Source of the DNA: Picochlorum sp. SENEW3
Lineage: Eukaryota
Reading direction: 5' to 3'
Length of the DNA: 64,000 nt
Assembly: GCA_034226945.1 (NCBI GenBank)
Contig: CP120457.1
Location: forward strand, 620,001-684,000
Below are positions 33,965-45,238 of the stretch, piece after piece. Both the position numbers and the translations under genes were made by a program. A model generated the notes under the pieces. It saw nothing but the letters and a program-made list of their open reading frames with translations, ran no database searches and was not told the origin of the DNA. The stretch's first letter is position 1. Every line of letters begins with the position of its first letter.

Positions 33965-34754
33965 TGGTATCTAATATCAATATAATTCTAAATGATGGAC
34001 ATTCTTGGCACTATTCTTGAGCAATACCAAGAAGACAAGACCAAGAAGGGCATGCATTTACATCTTCCCATCAAAGATACTATTTGATGGGAGACGAACA
34101 CATCCTCTCCGCGGTCGTTGTGAGACGTGTCCAGGCAGGTCATCTGAGATTGACAGACTCCGTCAAACGAATAACCGATTACAGTATTATACCTAGACAA
34201 CGTGTCTAGTAATACTTTTCAAGTTCTCAGTCGTCGTGACTGATCATACGAGCTAAGGATCGCCCGCACCGAACATCCTCGGCGGGTTCGACTAGAAGGT
34301 GGGTACCACTATGATGGAGACTTTCTTTTGCTTCTATTCATCTTTATTGGCATAATGGTGGGGAGGATGGAATGTATGGGTGTATTCCTGGCATTCACGC
34401 GCGGGGTGGCAGAGGGACAGAGCACTGTCCCATCTCTGTCAACCTTTGTGAAGAATGATGGCCATCTATCTCTATGATTCATATGATAAACAAGAATGGG
34501 AGATTGCGCGTGCCTTTCTCACGCATGGGCGAGCTCGATCGCGCCATGCGTGGGAGGGTTGTGAATGCCAGAAATTCATCCCTGTCTTGCCATGCCTCGG
34601 TGGGAGGATTGCGGTATCTCTTTGCGACTTTATTAGTGCATTGGTTGGAATTCATGTGTGTATGTGTGGGTGTAGGGTGTGCCTGCGACTGGCATTCTAG
34701 AAGGATTTGACGCGGCAAAGACCTGGTGTGCCACCAGAGTGGAAATTGACGGCG

Positions 34755-36005
34755 ATGCTGGCGATTCGAGATTCTTTTTCATCCAATGATGGTGCTTACG
34801 AAGCGACGACCAGTTCTGTGCCGTCTGGGGGGGGTCGAGAGGAGAGGGCGTCCTCAGTGGTCAGGATGAGACACCCGGGTCTGTTGACACGGCCTTTGTC
34901 GATGAGTAAATCGAGCAGTTCTCCTGCGTTGAAGCATTTGTGTATGAATGCTGCGGATGGAGACTTGGAAGTGTATGTAGTGCTGAGGAATTTTCAGGAA
35001 TTTGGTGGGGGGATTTTTCACAGGCTTCCAGAGCCCTTGAGAAATGGCCTCAGAGATAGTGGCGTGTGCCATTATATGACGGTGTTTAAGCAAAAGGATG
35101 GCACCATGGTTCAGTTTGATTTCGGTCCTGCAGCCGGGGGGGATATCCACGTGGCTGGGCCAGGCCCTCTGAATAAGAGTTCAAAGGAGAGGAAAAAGGC
35201 TGTGGTGGGCCAAGTGAGGGAGAGGAAATTGCAGGCTCTGCCAGATGCGCACATGTTTGTTGGAACAACGAATATGAGTTTGTCAGAGATTAGAGCGTGG
35301 AATAATGTGCATGCAGCGTCAGAGTATGAGCTGCATCACTCCGATTGTAGGCATTATGTGAATGCATTGGTGAGGTATACAACTGGTATTGAGAGTGCAG
35401 CAATCTCTGCACTTCGGCATCAGGTAGCTAGGCATAAAAATTCTGGAAAAGTGTCAAGACACATGATTAGAGTAGGTCAGTATTTTACAGATGCAGCAAA
35501 TTGGGACAGGGTCAGAGCCATTGGCCATGCGACCAGCGCTGCCATCATGACGCTAGCAGGCCAGCAGACGCTCGCCCGGTTTGGTGCAGTTCCCATCTTC
35601 AGATCGGTGGGATCCAAAGTGATTCCAGCATCTGCGAGAGGAGCACTGGTGCCTGTAAAGAAGGCTCTGTTCCATCGCCCTGTGTATGCCATGAGTACAG
35701 CAGCTGTAGCATCCACCATTTCCACCTCACAAGAAGTGTCAGCCAGGCATGCAGCACCAGCAGGCATTCGACGAAACATGGTACAGACGATCCAAAGTGC
35801 CGTCAGAGTCGCCACAAATTTTGCAGATACGATGACGAAAACAGCATCCAACTTTGTCCAGGGCGCTGTGCGACGACCCACAAAAGTGGCACATCAAATC
35901 AGTGAGCAACCACGGCGGAAAGGACCCTTCTTCCTGGGAGCCTCGAGTGATGGCAACTTTGGCCATCAAGTCCAGCACTTGGCCATGATTGCATCTCGAC
36001 GATGA
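34755..36005 (+). CDS. Hypothetical protein, possible permuted papain-like fold
   Basis: CHYMTVF, QFDFGP, YELHHSDCRHYVNAL; 5' end uncertain. Confidence 0.65.
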   Translation: MLAIRDSFSSNDGAYEATTSSVPSGGGREERASSVVRMRHPGLLTRPLSMSKSSSSPALKHLCMNAADGDLEVYVVLRNFQEFGGGIFHRLPEPLRNGLRDSGVCHYMTVFKQKDGTMVQFDFGPAAGGDIHVAGPGPLNKSSKERKKAVVGQVRERKLQALPDAHMFVGTTNMSLSEIRAWNNVHAASEYELHHSDCRHYVNALVRYTTGIESAAISALRHQVARHKNSGKVSRHMIRVGQYFTDAANWDRVRAIGHATSAAIMTLAGQQTLARFGAVPIFRSVGSKVIPASARGALVPVKKALFHRPVYAMSTAAVASTISTSQEVSARHAAPAGIRRNMVQTIQSAVRVATNFADTMTKTASNFVQGAVRRPTKVAHQISEQPRRKGPFFLGASSDGNFGHQVQHLAMIASRR

Positions 36006-36290
36006 CCCCCTCCTCTTTTCTTCTTCTTCCTCTTTTTCCTCTATACTGGTCTGTTTTTCTCACATTGTTCCTGTAATAATAATGATCAACGAGCAATCAT
36101 GAACGATTGAATCGCATATGATGCATAGTATTGATGGTGGATTGAGCAATGCTCATTAATGAGCCTTCAGATTGGACTTGAGAGAGAGAGAGTACGTAGG
36201 TAGATGCCATCGTCCTTATCCCATGTATGTATGTTTCAAATATTTGTTTAAAAATAACAAAATCAGTCCATTCCTGATTACAATAACAAT

Positions 36291-36828
36291 ATGCTCGGGG
36301 CTCTCCGTCAGTCATCGCGTGCTGCCGTGTCCATGGTATCCAAGAGATCCATGAGCTCGGGAGTATCCTTGGCAGAGGAAATCAAAGAAATGAAAAAATG
36401 GAAGGTACGACAGGGAAGGGTTTGGCCTTTCGATATATATCGACTCATACGAGAATGAGGATTCTCAATCGCCCTATTCTTCCTTTGTCTTTATCTTTCT
36501 AACCCATCGATCATCCAATCAATCGATACTGATGTTTATGCCATGTCATGTCATGTAGGTGATTACAATCCTCGCTGTTCCAGTATGCGCAGGTACGTTG
36601 CCAACCTCCTTGAAGAGGCTCTTCAATGAAGAGTCATGCTTGTTGTTTCCTTTATGGCATCGCCTTTATGCATGTGTTATACATATGTGTGTGTGTGCAG
36701 TGAAAGCTTTTGTGGATCTCAGCCATGAGGAGCATCATGCAGCAGAGAGACCAGAGTATCCATACTTGAGGATTCGATCGAAAGAGTTCCCATGGGGGGA
36801 CGATGGACTGTTTGAAGCGAAGCATTAA
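36291..36828 (+). CDS. COX6A: Cytochrome c oxidase subunit 6a
   Basis: Exons 36291-36404, 36559-36592, 36701-36828; mitochondrial presequence, KKWK, YPYLRIRSKEFPWGDDGLFE. Confidence 0.9.
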
Positions 36829-36987
36829 TCCATCATTGATTGATTTTTTTCTTGAGGATGCTTCCGGATCCTACATCCACTCTTATATTGCTTTTGAGAA
36901 GACATGGTGTACCTTGCGTCTTATAAATATATCTACTATAATATACATGTGTGTAAGAATAAGAATAGAATACTACTGCTACGATCA

Positions 36988-37753
36988 TCACGTGTCATCA
37001 TCCTGCTTGGCACGGGTGGGTTTTCTATGTATATGAGCCGGTGCGGATACATACTGAGTAGGCTGCTGTCGCTGCTGCTGAGAAGAAGAAGGCATTGCTG
37101 CTGCTGGGGGAGGGGGACGAGGAGGGTGACCCCCACCACCACCACCAGGAGGAGGAGGAACAGGTGGCCTCCCATGCAACGATGACGATGCAGGAGGAGG
37201 AGGATGCAGAGGCGGTGCTCCATAATACGGAGGTGGAGGCACACCGCCATACACGGGAGGAGGAGGCATCATCACTCCTCCACCACTAGGATACGGAGGA
37301 TACGCTAGTCTAGGACGCACTGCTGCTGTAGGACCACTCCCAACATGTGTGTGAGAGGCAGGAAGAGGACCCCCACCGCGAGGAGGGACAGGTCCTCCAC
37401 GAACCATTCCCGGAGGAATTCCTACAGACCCCACAATCTCCCACTTGGGATCCTTTCGCCCTTCCTTCGCCTCAGGAATCTCCTGTATACCAGTTTTATG
37501 AACTTGAAGACAATGAATAGATAACGCCCTCGCAGATCCTAATCGTTTTGTACAATTCGGGCATTTAAAATGTTTCGACTTTTGATGCGTGAATAAGTCC
37601 GCTTCTTGCTGCACGTATAGATATATAGATATATAGATAACTACTCAAGTATCCTTAAAAAAAGCACTACCAAGGAAGTCGTACATTGAACTCTCTGTCG
37701 CAGTAAAAGCACCAAGGTTTGACAACCTCCACCTTTTTCCTTTTTCTGACCAT
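36988..37753 (-). CDS. ZNF207/BuGZ/SUF4-like zinc-finger protein
   Basis: Exons 37753-37685 and 37608-36988; KPWCFYCDREF, HQKSKHFKCPNC, HCLQVH, Pro-rich tail. Confidence 0.9.
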
Positions 37754-38735
37754 GAAGATCTCTATTCTTGTTCTAATAGTAGCAGTATCTATTTCTATAT
37801 TTGTCCATATTGAAGCGTAGCAGTCTTTGTTCTCTCTGCATGAGTTCCAGCCAATTGGCGTGTTTGCAAACAGTACACTACTGAGCATCATGATGCTCAT
37901 GAGCAACAGGCCACTCGATACCGATTGTCATGTAGCGTCTCTCGCTGACATTCTCGAAGAATTTCGCCTACAGTGACCCTAGATTGACACAGATTGTGAC
38001 CAAAAGTTGCCACTGCCGGCAACTCTGGTACTCTTATTAATGAATCAATGTTGAAGAGTCACTGGAAAATACAACAAGTAGTGGAGGGCCGAACGTGGCG
38101 ATTTGTGAGTTGATTAGTGATCGTAAATAGACGTTTGGGCAAGCTGATTTGTAGACTGGGAGAGCTTACTTGGGTTGTGAGAGATATACAAGTGTGGATA
38201 CTACTCATGGGGCATAATGATGAAATGCGTCTATTTACAAGGTAATCTGTTGTGACTTTAGATATCAAGTGTTCAACTCGTCATTCGGTGCTTTCTGATA
38301 CCTCGTTATCAAGACCAACGCAAGGAAAAAGCACGTACTTGTAATATTCCCATCAAATAATATAGTCAACTCACGAGTGGTCCACTCGGTGAACTTGTTC
38401 GCCACCCAGGGTCAACGCCTTGGGAAGCGCGACTCTACCCAGGCGTTCACCTGCGATTATCACACATTTTGCTTACTTATACGACCCAGTGTTACAGATT
38501 TCCGAATAATATCATTTATTGAATCTTTCAAGGGTCTCTGTTGGCCGTATCGTCAAAGCGATTACTCCTCCATTGCGCACTCGTGCAGCGAAACAGAGCA
38601 CTCTCAGGGGTATTACATCCCAGTAAAAGTATTTCAATTTTTCATTTACATGTCATATTCTTTACGAATTTCTGGTCGGGGGCCAATTCTTTATGGCTTT
38701 ATCGATCAGAATTTGTCTGTACACCAATTAATTAA

Positions 38736-39115
38736 TTAGTGTGGGTTACAGCGCCAGCCTGGGAGTTCCACCACGTTCTTCATCCAGAGCTTTCCATGGT
38801 CATCTCCACACCGAGACAATGCCACGTACAACTGTCTGTCAGAAAAGACACCATCCTGGAGGTACACTTTGACCCTCTGGAGCGTGAGCCCTTGCGCTTT
38901 GTTGACGGTCATCGCAAACGCCACGCGGATGGGTAGTGTCCTACTGAGCACAAAAGAGCCCAGGCTGTGCGTCACCACCCTGGTGATGAAGACTTCCGCC
39001 CCGTGTTGGGACCGTGGACCACCCTGGCTTTGATGGAGTGGTTGAAAACTTTGGTCACCACCATTCGCGTGCAATTGGACATGCCCTGGTGATGTTGCGG
39101 AGGGCAATGAAGGGG
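38736..39115 (-). mobile_element. Helitron-type PIF1 helicase C-terminal remnant (frameshifted)
   Basis: PFIALRN / NCTRMVV..HSIKA / EVFITRV read across frames, then PIRVAFAMTVNKAQGLTL, VFSDRQLYVALSR, KNVV. Confidence 0.8.
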
Positions 39116-39249
39116 GGGAATTCAAGTGCTTGTTGCGTTATATCTGTGTCCCAAAACAAAGGTAGAGGCTTGAATAAGTTGTTTGTATTTTTGAAAATAT
39201 CTTGCTTGAGATGTGATACACATCTGCCTGGTCTAGCAGTAATTATACC

Positions 39250-39510
39250 TCAGTATGCGATAGCCACGGTTGCTAGAACCCCGGCAAAATGGCTCCATGT
39301 CCAAAGGAATCCCACACTACTTGATGAAGGGTCGACAGCCTCAGCCTCAGTTAAACCTGCCCCTGTTGCACCACTAGTGATGTTTTCTGCCTGAACATCA
39401 GTGAAACCTCCAGCCGCCATTACAGCATCACCCTCAAAAGGGCGAGCCTGACCCATTACGCAGACTGCAGCGCACCATATAAACAACTGGATTCTCAAAA
39501 GGAAGGGCAT
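39250..39510 (-). CDS. Small secreted, possibly GPI-anchored protein (86 aa)
   Basis: Signal peptide MPFLLRIQLFIWCAAVCVMG; A/G/S/T-rich middle; hydrophobic C-terminus. Confidence 0.55.
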   Translation of the reverse strand: MPFLLRIQLFIWCAAVCVMGQARPFEGDAVMAAGGFTDVQAENITSGATGAGLTEAEAVDPSSSSVGFLWTWSHFAGVLATVAIAY

Positions 39511-39878
39511 TTTTGACTGCGAAACCCAAAAAATATTTTTCAGGAAATCGTATGCATATACATACTTATGTGACGCGGCAATTGTACAGAAAAGAATTTG
39601 AGAGGTACGCAATGACCATCGCTGCTGAGATTCCGCCCATGGAATCTCTTTTTTCGAGGGCCGGCAATATTGCCCTAGGGAATATAGGTTGCCATGAAAC
39701 CCCACGAGCCACGGGCAGACGGCCTAGTCAGTATACATGCAGTTGGCACCAAAACACTAGACGCAGAAATTATTTTTTTTGAAAGTTGCAATGGTTTAGG
39801 GTTTCCTTGTGGAGTAGCGCTCCTAAATGCCATCGATGCCGTGATATCACCACGGCCAGTAACCCGTGAGTCTGCGTT

Positions 39879-42296
39879 ATGTTATGTCACCTTTGCCTTG
39901 TGCTGATCGCCATTGCCGTCGGTGTTCAATCCCGAACTGGTGCACCTAACCCAAGGAAATGTTTTCCAAGACCATCATCCCTTTACTTTAATGTATCGCG
40001 AGTTGACAAGACGATTTTCATGGTCCCAGTTGGGGACGTTGTGGATTGCCTAACCAAGGTCCGGATTGACATGGATTTTGCCCTTGATGCCGTTGATTCG
40101 TATAATAATATTCTGCAAGCTGGTTATGGATACTACTATTATAGCAACGATGTCCTCGAGTCCAGTCCAATAGAGAATCCATTCGGATGGGAAATCTTCA
40201 ATGGGACATCTGGGGGTCAGGTGGACTATGACAAGGAGTTTCAGGCACTGAGGGAAGACATCGAGGCCAAGGGTCATGCTGATGGGATGCTGGCCTACAA
40301 GATCAATGATATTTTGCTCCGTGCGAAGGATGGGCACACGAGTGGTATCGAATTGGAATTGGACATTTTGTCATTGCTTGATGAGGACCCAGGGGCTGTT
40401 CGGAGCTGGCTCTCGCTCCAAATGGACGAGAGAGCAATGGCTCGGGTCGTGAACAATATACATGTAAATAGCAGCATATTTGATGCGGAGATAAGAGTGG
40501 TGAAGTCAATAAATGGAGAAAATCCCCTATCATACCTTGACGAACTTGTCTCCAATCCTGCAATAGGGAGTCAATCACAATACAAATCTCCAGGGGTACG
40601 GATGAATGTATTTTTAGATAACTGCAACTTTACCACTCCAATTCATAAGTGGACTGGTGTTTCTTTGGGTGATATATCGAATCTTCCAACAGGCCTCATG
40701 CTGGAGTATGAGGACGGGTTCAGTTCAAACTGGACTTTTGTTGTTTGGGTTCCTGAAAAGTACATGTATTCTACTCCTGAAGAAATTGGAGAAACACTGA
40801 CTCGAGAATCTCCTTTATACTCTGGTTTCAAAGAATTCAAAGATGGGAAGCGAATGATAGACTCTCAGAGAGAGAAGCTGACCAGGAGCCAGATGGTGAA
40901 GAGGAACCTCATCATCCATGACGAACAGCTGGGTTTTAAGCAGTTCAGGGCAACGTCTTTGGCCACAGGGAAATTTGCAACATATTCAGGGTACTTGGTG
41001 CGAGAAGACACAATGGTCTGGAAATTGCCATCTTTTGCTGCAAATGAGGATGCTGAAGACTTGGTTCACTTTTGGAACGCAATGGCAGCAGGAGCTCAGA
41101 ACAAGAAGATAGACAAGCTCATCATAGATATTTCGAATAATGCGGGGGGATATCTTGATAACGTCGTGGTTTGTTTAAAGTTATTGTATCCAGATGCTCG
41201 TACGGAAGATGTTCTCCCTATTAGCAACACTCGAATCACAGATGTAATGTACAATATGGACAGGATTGCCACAGCTGCCCTGGATATCAATCAGAAAGTC
41301 AGCTGGAGTAATGTAACCAATGCATTATTCAACATTTTCTCTGAAAGAGAAAGGATACAGGCTCTCTCGTCGATGTGCACACCATTGCTGAACTTTAAAG
41401 CACTGACTCAGGGAACTGATGTGGAAAATCTTGGAAACCTTGACTGGTATTCTCTGGGATCTACAATGAACTCCTCATCTAATTTATGTGAAAAAGACAT
41501 GACTATGTGGAGTGAAGCAGATGCAATCGAGTTTTTTGAAGCAACTTTTGCCTCCTTTGTCCCACCATGCTCGTCTCCAAATATAAGCTCTGACAATTGC
41601 AAGGTTGAAGTAATAAAAAGTATTCAAAGCGGTATACCTGTGCCAGTAACAAAAGGATACCCGTACGATATCTCAGAATTTGACTTTCTTGGCGACATGG
41701 ACGAGTATTTATCACGTGGAGAGATTCTCAAAAGCCCATTCAAGTCCTATGTATTGTTTTCCAACTCAGCTAATGTTGGAAGTGGTGCACATTTATTCCT
41801 AATCACCCTTCTGAGCCTTTCGCATAAGTACAAAAGTCTTCAGAATCTAACAACTGTGTCCATGGGGTGTATGGGAAATCAATTGGAGTGCGCTATGGCA
41901 TCTTTTGCTGGTCAAGTAGTTCGAGGATCTCCATGGATTCGAGAGATCTATGGGCTTTTTGCTGTCAGTGGGTCTGTGAAAACCATAATTGAGATCGATA
42001 GTATGTTGAAACACTCCAGAGTCACGTCAGAGGATCTGGATGCATACACGCGAGCATACAGGAAGCTCCAAGACAGTCTCCCTATGCCTCCTGCACTATC
42101 TTCTGATCTACCACAGTTTGCTTCTCGGCCATTTTTTTATAATGGCATCCCACCGAATAGCACCCTCCCAGTAGAGTATTTCAATATCCCTGCAAATAAG
42201 TATATACCATTCTGGCCTCCACCCAGAACCACGACATTTGAGAACCAGGCCTCACTGGGATACATTTATGACAAATTGTTAACAATGTTTCCATGA
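39879..42296 (+). CDS. Secreted S41-peptidase-like protein
   Basis: Signal peptide; KDGHT, VKSINGE, LIIDISNNAGG, VGSGA; intronless, 805 aa. Confidence 0.7.
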   Translation: MLCHLCLVLIAIAVGVQSRTGAPNPRKCFPRPSSLYFNVSRVDKTIFMVPVGDVVDCLTKVRIDMDFALDAVDSYNNILQAGYGYYYYSNDVLESSPIENPFGWEIFNGTSGGQVDYDKEFQALREDIEAKGHADGMLAYKINDILLRAKDGHTSGIELELDILSLLDEDPGAVRSWLSLQMDERAMARVVNNIHVNSSIFDAEIRVVKSINGENPLSYLDELVSNPAIGSQSQYKSPGVRMNVFLDNCNFTTPIHKWTGVSLGDISNLPTGLMLEYEDGFSSNWTFVVWVPEKYMYSTPEEIGETLTRESPLYSGFKEFKDGKRMIDSQREKLTRSQMVKRNLIIHDEQLGFKQFRATSLATGKFATYSGYLVREDTMVWKLPSFAANEDAEDLVHFWNAMAAGAQNKKIDKLIIDISNNAGGYLDNVVVCLKLLYPDARTEDVLPISNTRITDVMYNMDRIATAALDINQKVSWSNVTNALFNIFSERERIQALSSMCTPLLNFKALTQGTDVENLGNLDWYSLGSTMNSSSNLCEKDMTMWSEADAIEFFEATFASFVPPCSSPNISSDNCKVEVIKSIQSGIPVPVTKGYPYDISEFDFLGDMDEYLSRGEILKSPFKSYVLFSNSANVGSGAHLFLITLLSLSHKYKSLQNLTTVSMGCMGNQLECAMASFAGQVVRGSPWIREIYGLFAVSGSVKTIIEIDSMLKHSRVTSEDLDAYTRAYRKLQDSLPMPPALSSDLPQFASRPFFYNGIPPNSTLPVEYFNIPANKYIPFWPPPRTTTFENQASLGYIYDKLLTMFP

Positions 42297-42490
42297 TGTA
42301 TTGATAGGAGCATCTGGCCAGGATCTATGTACTATAAATAATATATATCTATGACAAGTATGTATAGTTCCATCAGCATGAGAATATCCCACGCCAGTAT
42401 CGGGTCTGACTTCTCCATAGTGAGAAGGAGACCATCTATACACCAATAGATGTGTGCCAATAGACGCAGCTGAGACAGTGTCTAATGTCG

Positions 42491-42678
42491 AAAACACGAA
42501 TTCGACCATTGGGGTGATAGTTATATTAGAATTATTGCTTGCTACATTGCTACTTGCACACAAACGCACCTATAATGACATCTGCTGCACGTACAAAAGC
42601 TGCCAAATGCTCCAATGCATACGCTGCTGCAACATTGTTCATACCTACTCTACACTCCCTCAACAAGGAGGTCACATT
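42491..42678 (+). pseudogene. Degenerate copy of the 5' part of the FkbM methyltransferase gene
   Basis: Aligns by eye to ~43388-43581 (gaccatt, acttgcac, tgctgcaac, tccctcaacaaggagg). Confidence 0.8.
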
Positions 42679-42680
42679 AA

Positions 42681-42866
42681 CTTTTGATGCATCAATAAGT
42701 CCGCTTCTTGCTTCACGTATAGATAGATAGATATGTATATATAGATAAGTGATAACTACTCAAGTGTCCTAAAAAGCACTACCAAGGAAGTCGTACATTG
42801 AACTCTTAGTCACAGTAAAAGCACCAAGGTTTGACAACCTCCACCTTTTTCCTTTTTCTGACCATG
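42681..42866 (-). pseudogene. Duplicated exon 1/intron/exon 2 start of the ZNF207-like gene
   Basis: Near-identical to 37579-37754; an AGA codon has become a TAA premature stop. Confidence 0.9.
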
Positions 42867-43372
42867 GGATATTATTATGTACTATCAATGCTCGTATGCT
42901 AATTTGAATGCCATTGTACTATAAGTTTTCTATAAACTTGAATCATTGATAATGATTGTTGTCATACTATGTTCTTTGACTTTCAAGTCTGGCATCTGAT
43001 ATGACCTGACTGACCCTGACTGAGCAGCCACTGCTCATGAGCAGGTGGATGATATGTGTATGCATTACATCTTCATGTTTTTCGATCGGTAGGTTTGGAA
43101 ATAGAAATGGAAAGAAGCATTCAAAGTAAAAGGCTTTATTTATTTCTTTGTGGGTTGCCTACCGGTCGAATCATGATTTGACAGTACTCAAGTTCTTGAT
43201 AAAAAAGGTGACGACTCCTTGGTCAACGTGAAGATTGCGACCTCTTTTGGCTGCTTTGTCATGACAAACGCGTGTCTTGGCATGCAAATCAAGTATTTTT
43301 AATGTAATCATTAACCATCATCGTCATCAGACCTCGCTTGTCTATAGACAGGTATCGATATAGTTGTGCACC

Positions 43373-44185
43373 ATGGCTGTGGGTCTTAACACACGTTTGA
43401 CCATTAGCGTGGTCGCTATATTCCTGGTATTATTACTTGCGGTAGTACCACTTGCACGTAAACACACGCGGGTTATCATGAGTACACATGTTCCACGTAC
43501 CAAGGCTGTCAAGTGCTCTAATACATACGATGCTGCAACGTTCTATGAGGTCTCTGAATCCCTCAACAAGGAGGAAACATTTCTGCACAATCAGTATTTC
43601 AAAGGCATATGCGGGGGTACATATGTTGAATTAGGAGGTCATGATGGAATAGGACAGGATAATACATTGGCGTTTCACAAAATACTGGAATGGCATGGGG
43701 TTTTGATTGAGGCATCGCCTGATAGGTTTACAAGATTGCAAGCAAACCGGCCCCATGATACGTTGGTTCATGCGGCCGTATGCAATACGCCTGGTTACGT
43801 TCATTTCATTGATAAAGAGTATGTTGGAGGCATATATGAGCTGATGAACCCGGAATTCATTGCTCGATGGCATCCACAGCTCAATGTCAAGGATTTGCCA
43901 ACAGTACCATGCTCAACGTTTGCATCCATCGCTGGAGAGGTTTACACATTCTTCGATTTCCTGAGTCTCGATGTTGAAGGAGGGGAATATCAGATATTAC
44001 AAACAATGGGGGACATTGAGTTTGGTGTCATCTTGGTAGAATCAGATGGAGGCAATCCTAGAAAAGACTATGCTGTTAGATCGTTTTTGGAAGACAAAGG
44101 GTATCTGTTCGATGGGAAACACAGCAATTCCCAGTGGTTTGTGAATAAAAAATGGCATGAGATATACAGGGACGTTATATATTAA
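43373..44185 (+). CDS. FkbM-family methyltransferase with N-terminal membrane anchor
   Basis: YVELGGHDG, WHGVLIEASP, FLSLDVEGGE. Confidence 0.9.
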   Translation: MAVGLNTRLTISVVAIFLVLLLAVVPLARKHTRVIMSTHVPRTKAVKCSNTYDAATFYEVSESLNKEETFLHNQYFKGICGGTYVELGGHDGIGQDNTLAFHKILEWHGVLIEASPDRFTRLQANRPHDTLVHAAVCNTPGYVHFIDKEYVGGIYELMNPEFIARWHPQLNVKDLPTVPCSTFASIAGEVYTFFDFLSLDVEGGEYQILQTMGDIEFGVILVESDGGNPRKDYAVRSFLEDKGYLFDGKHSNSQWFVNKKWHEIYRDVIY

Positions 44186-44195
44186 GCATGATTGA

Positions 44196-45038
44196 TTACA
44201 CATGAATACCTATTGGTTGCTCTGGTATGTCATCCCACATCTGCATATGCTCATCTGGCGTGACCATTCTTCGGCGTGCTCCGTCTTTATCTATAGTTAC
44301 TATACGAATCACTCCACCCGAGGATGCGTCGCGAGCCATCGCCAAGGCCAGGGCTGCTTGCACCAGATTCTCCGCCTCCTCCCTGGTCATTCCATCTTTA
44401 TATTCTGCATCAAGGTAACCCCAGATAAACGTTGATCCAGACCCATCGGTCGTCCATTTCTCTCGCACAATGGTACCACCAATAGGGCAACCATACACCT
44501 GTCCTCCTTCAACAGAGTCCCACCCAGCAACAATCATAGCACCCACCAAGTGTTTGTTTTGGTAATTCATCTGCATTCGCCATATATGTGGTGAAAAAAC
44601 ATTGTATATTCTGGCCATGATGTATGGATAGCAATCTATACGCAAAGGATGAATCCTACGTACCAGTTTGACAAGATTGGCAACAGTCACAACTTTTGGG
44701 GCATGTTGAAGTTCCATTTCATGCTGCTCAGAGAAGAATCGCACTGCAAGGGTGGTCATTAAATAGAAATATACTCAAAAAGGATTGTTACTCTCCAAGG
44801 AAAACAACAATAAACACGTACCATAGTCAGAGACTGCTTGAGTATCAGCTGCTGATCCTGATCGAAGCAAATATACAGACTCCGATAGGGGTGTTATCTT
44901 ATCCGACGCTCTATTAGATACATATATACCAGTACTAACTCTAGAATCTGCTCCTAAGACGACACCACCGTCGTATTCTACAGCGACAATGGTTGTTCCG
45001 GTGTGAGGGGCAGCCTCTTGATGGTATCGATCACCCAT
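44196..45038 (-). CDS. PBA1: 20S proteasome beta-1 subunit
   Basis: Exons 45038-44822, 44743-44664, 44570-44196; [33 protein letters not shown]. Confidence 0.93.
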
Positions 45039-45238
45039 GATGCGTTGATACTGATGATGATGTATTTGTTTTTTTCTTTTTTTGAAACAACAGACGCATG
45101 GGCGAATACCACTGAGTTCCTGTCGGGGTTCGTGGTCTGTAAATAGAATATTAAAACATGATGACCACATGTATCATGGATGATATCATGTATGATTGTG
45201 GTGGTGGGTATCACAGATCTATAGAATTATACGTGGCA

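Noticed and set aside
34474..34710. 78-aa ORF upstream of the 34755 gene as a first exon or uORF
   Set aside because: The candidate splice did not join in frame to the main ORF; no supporting motif
38410..38451. Imperfect GC-rich hairpin (possible ncRNA)
   Set aside because: Single short stem with no recognisable RNA family features
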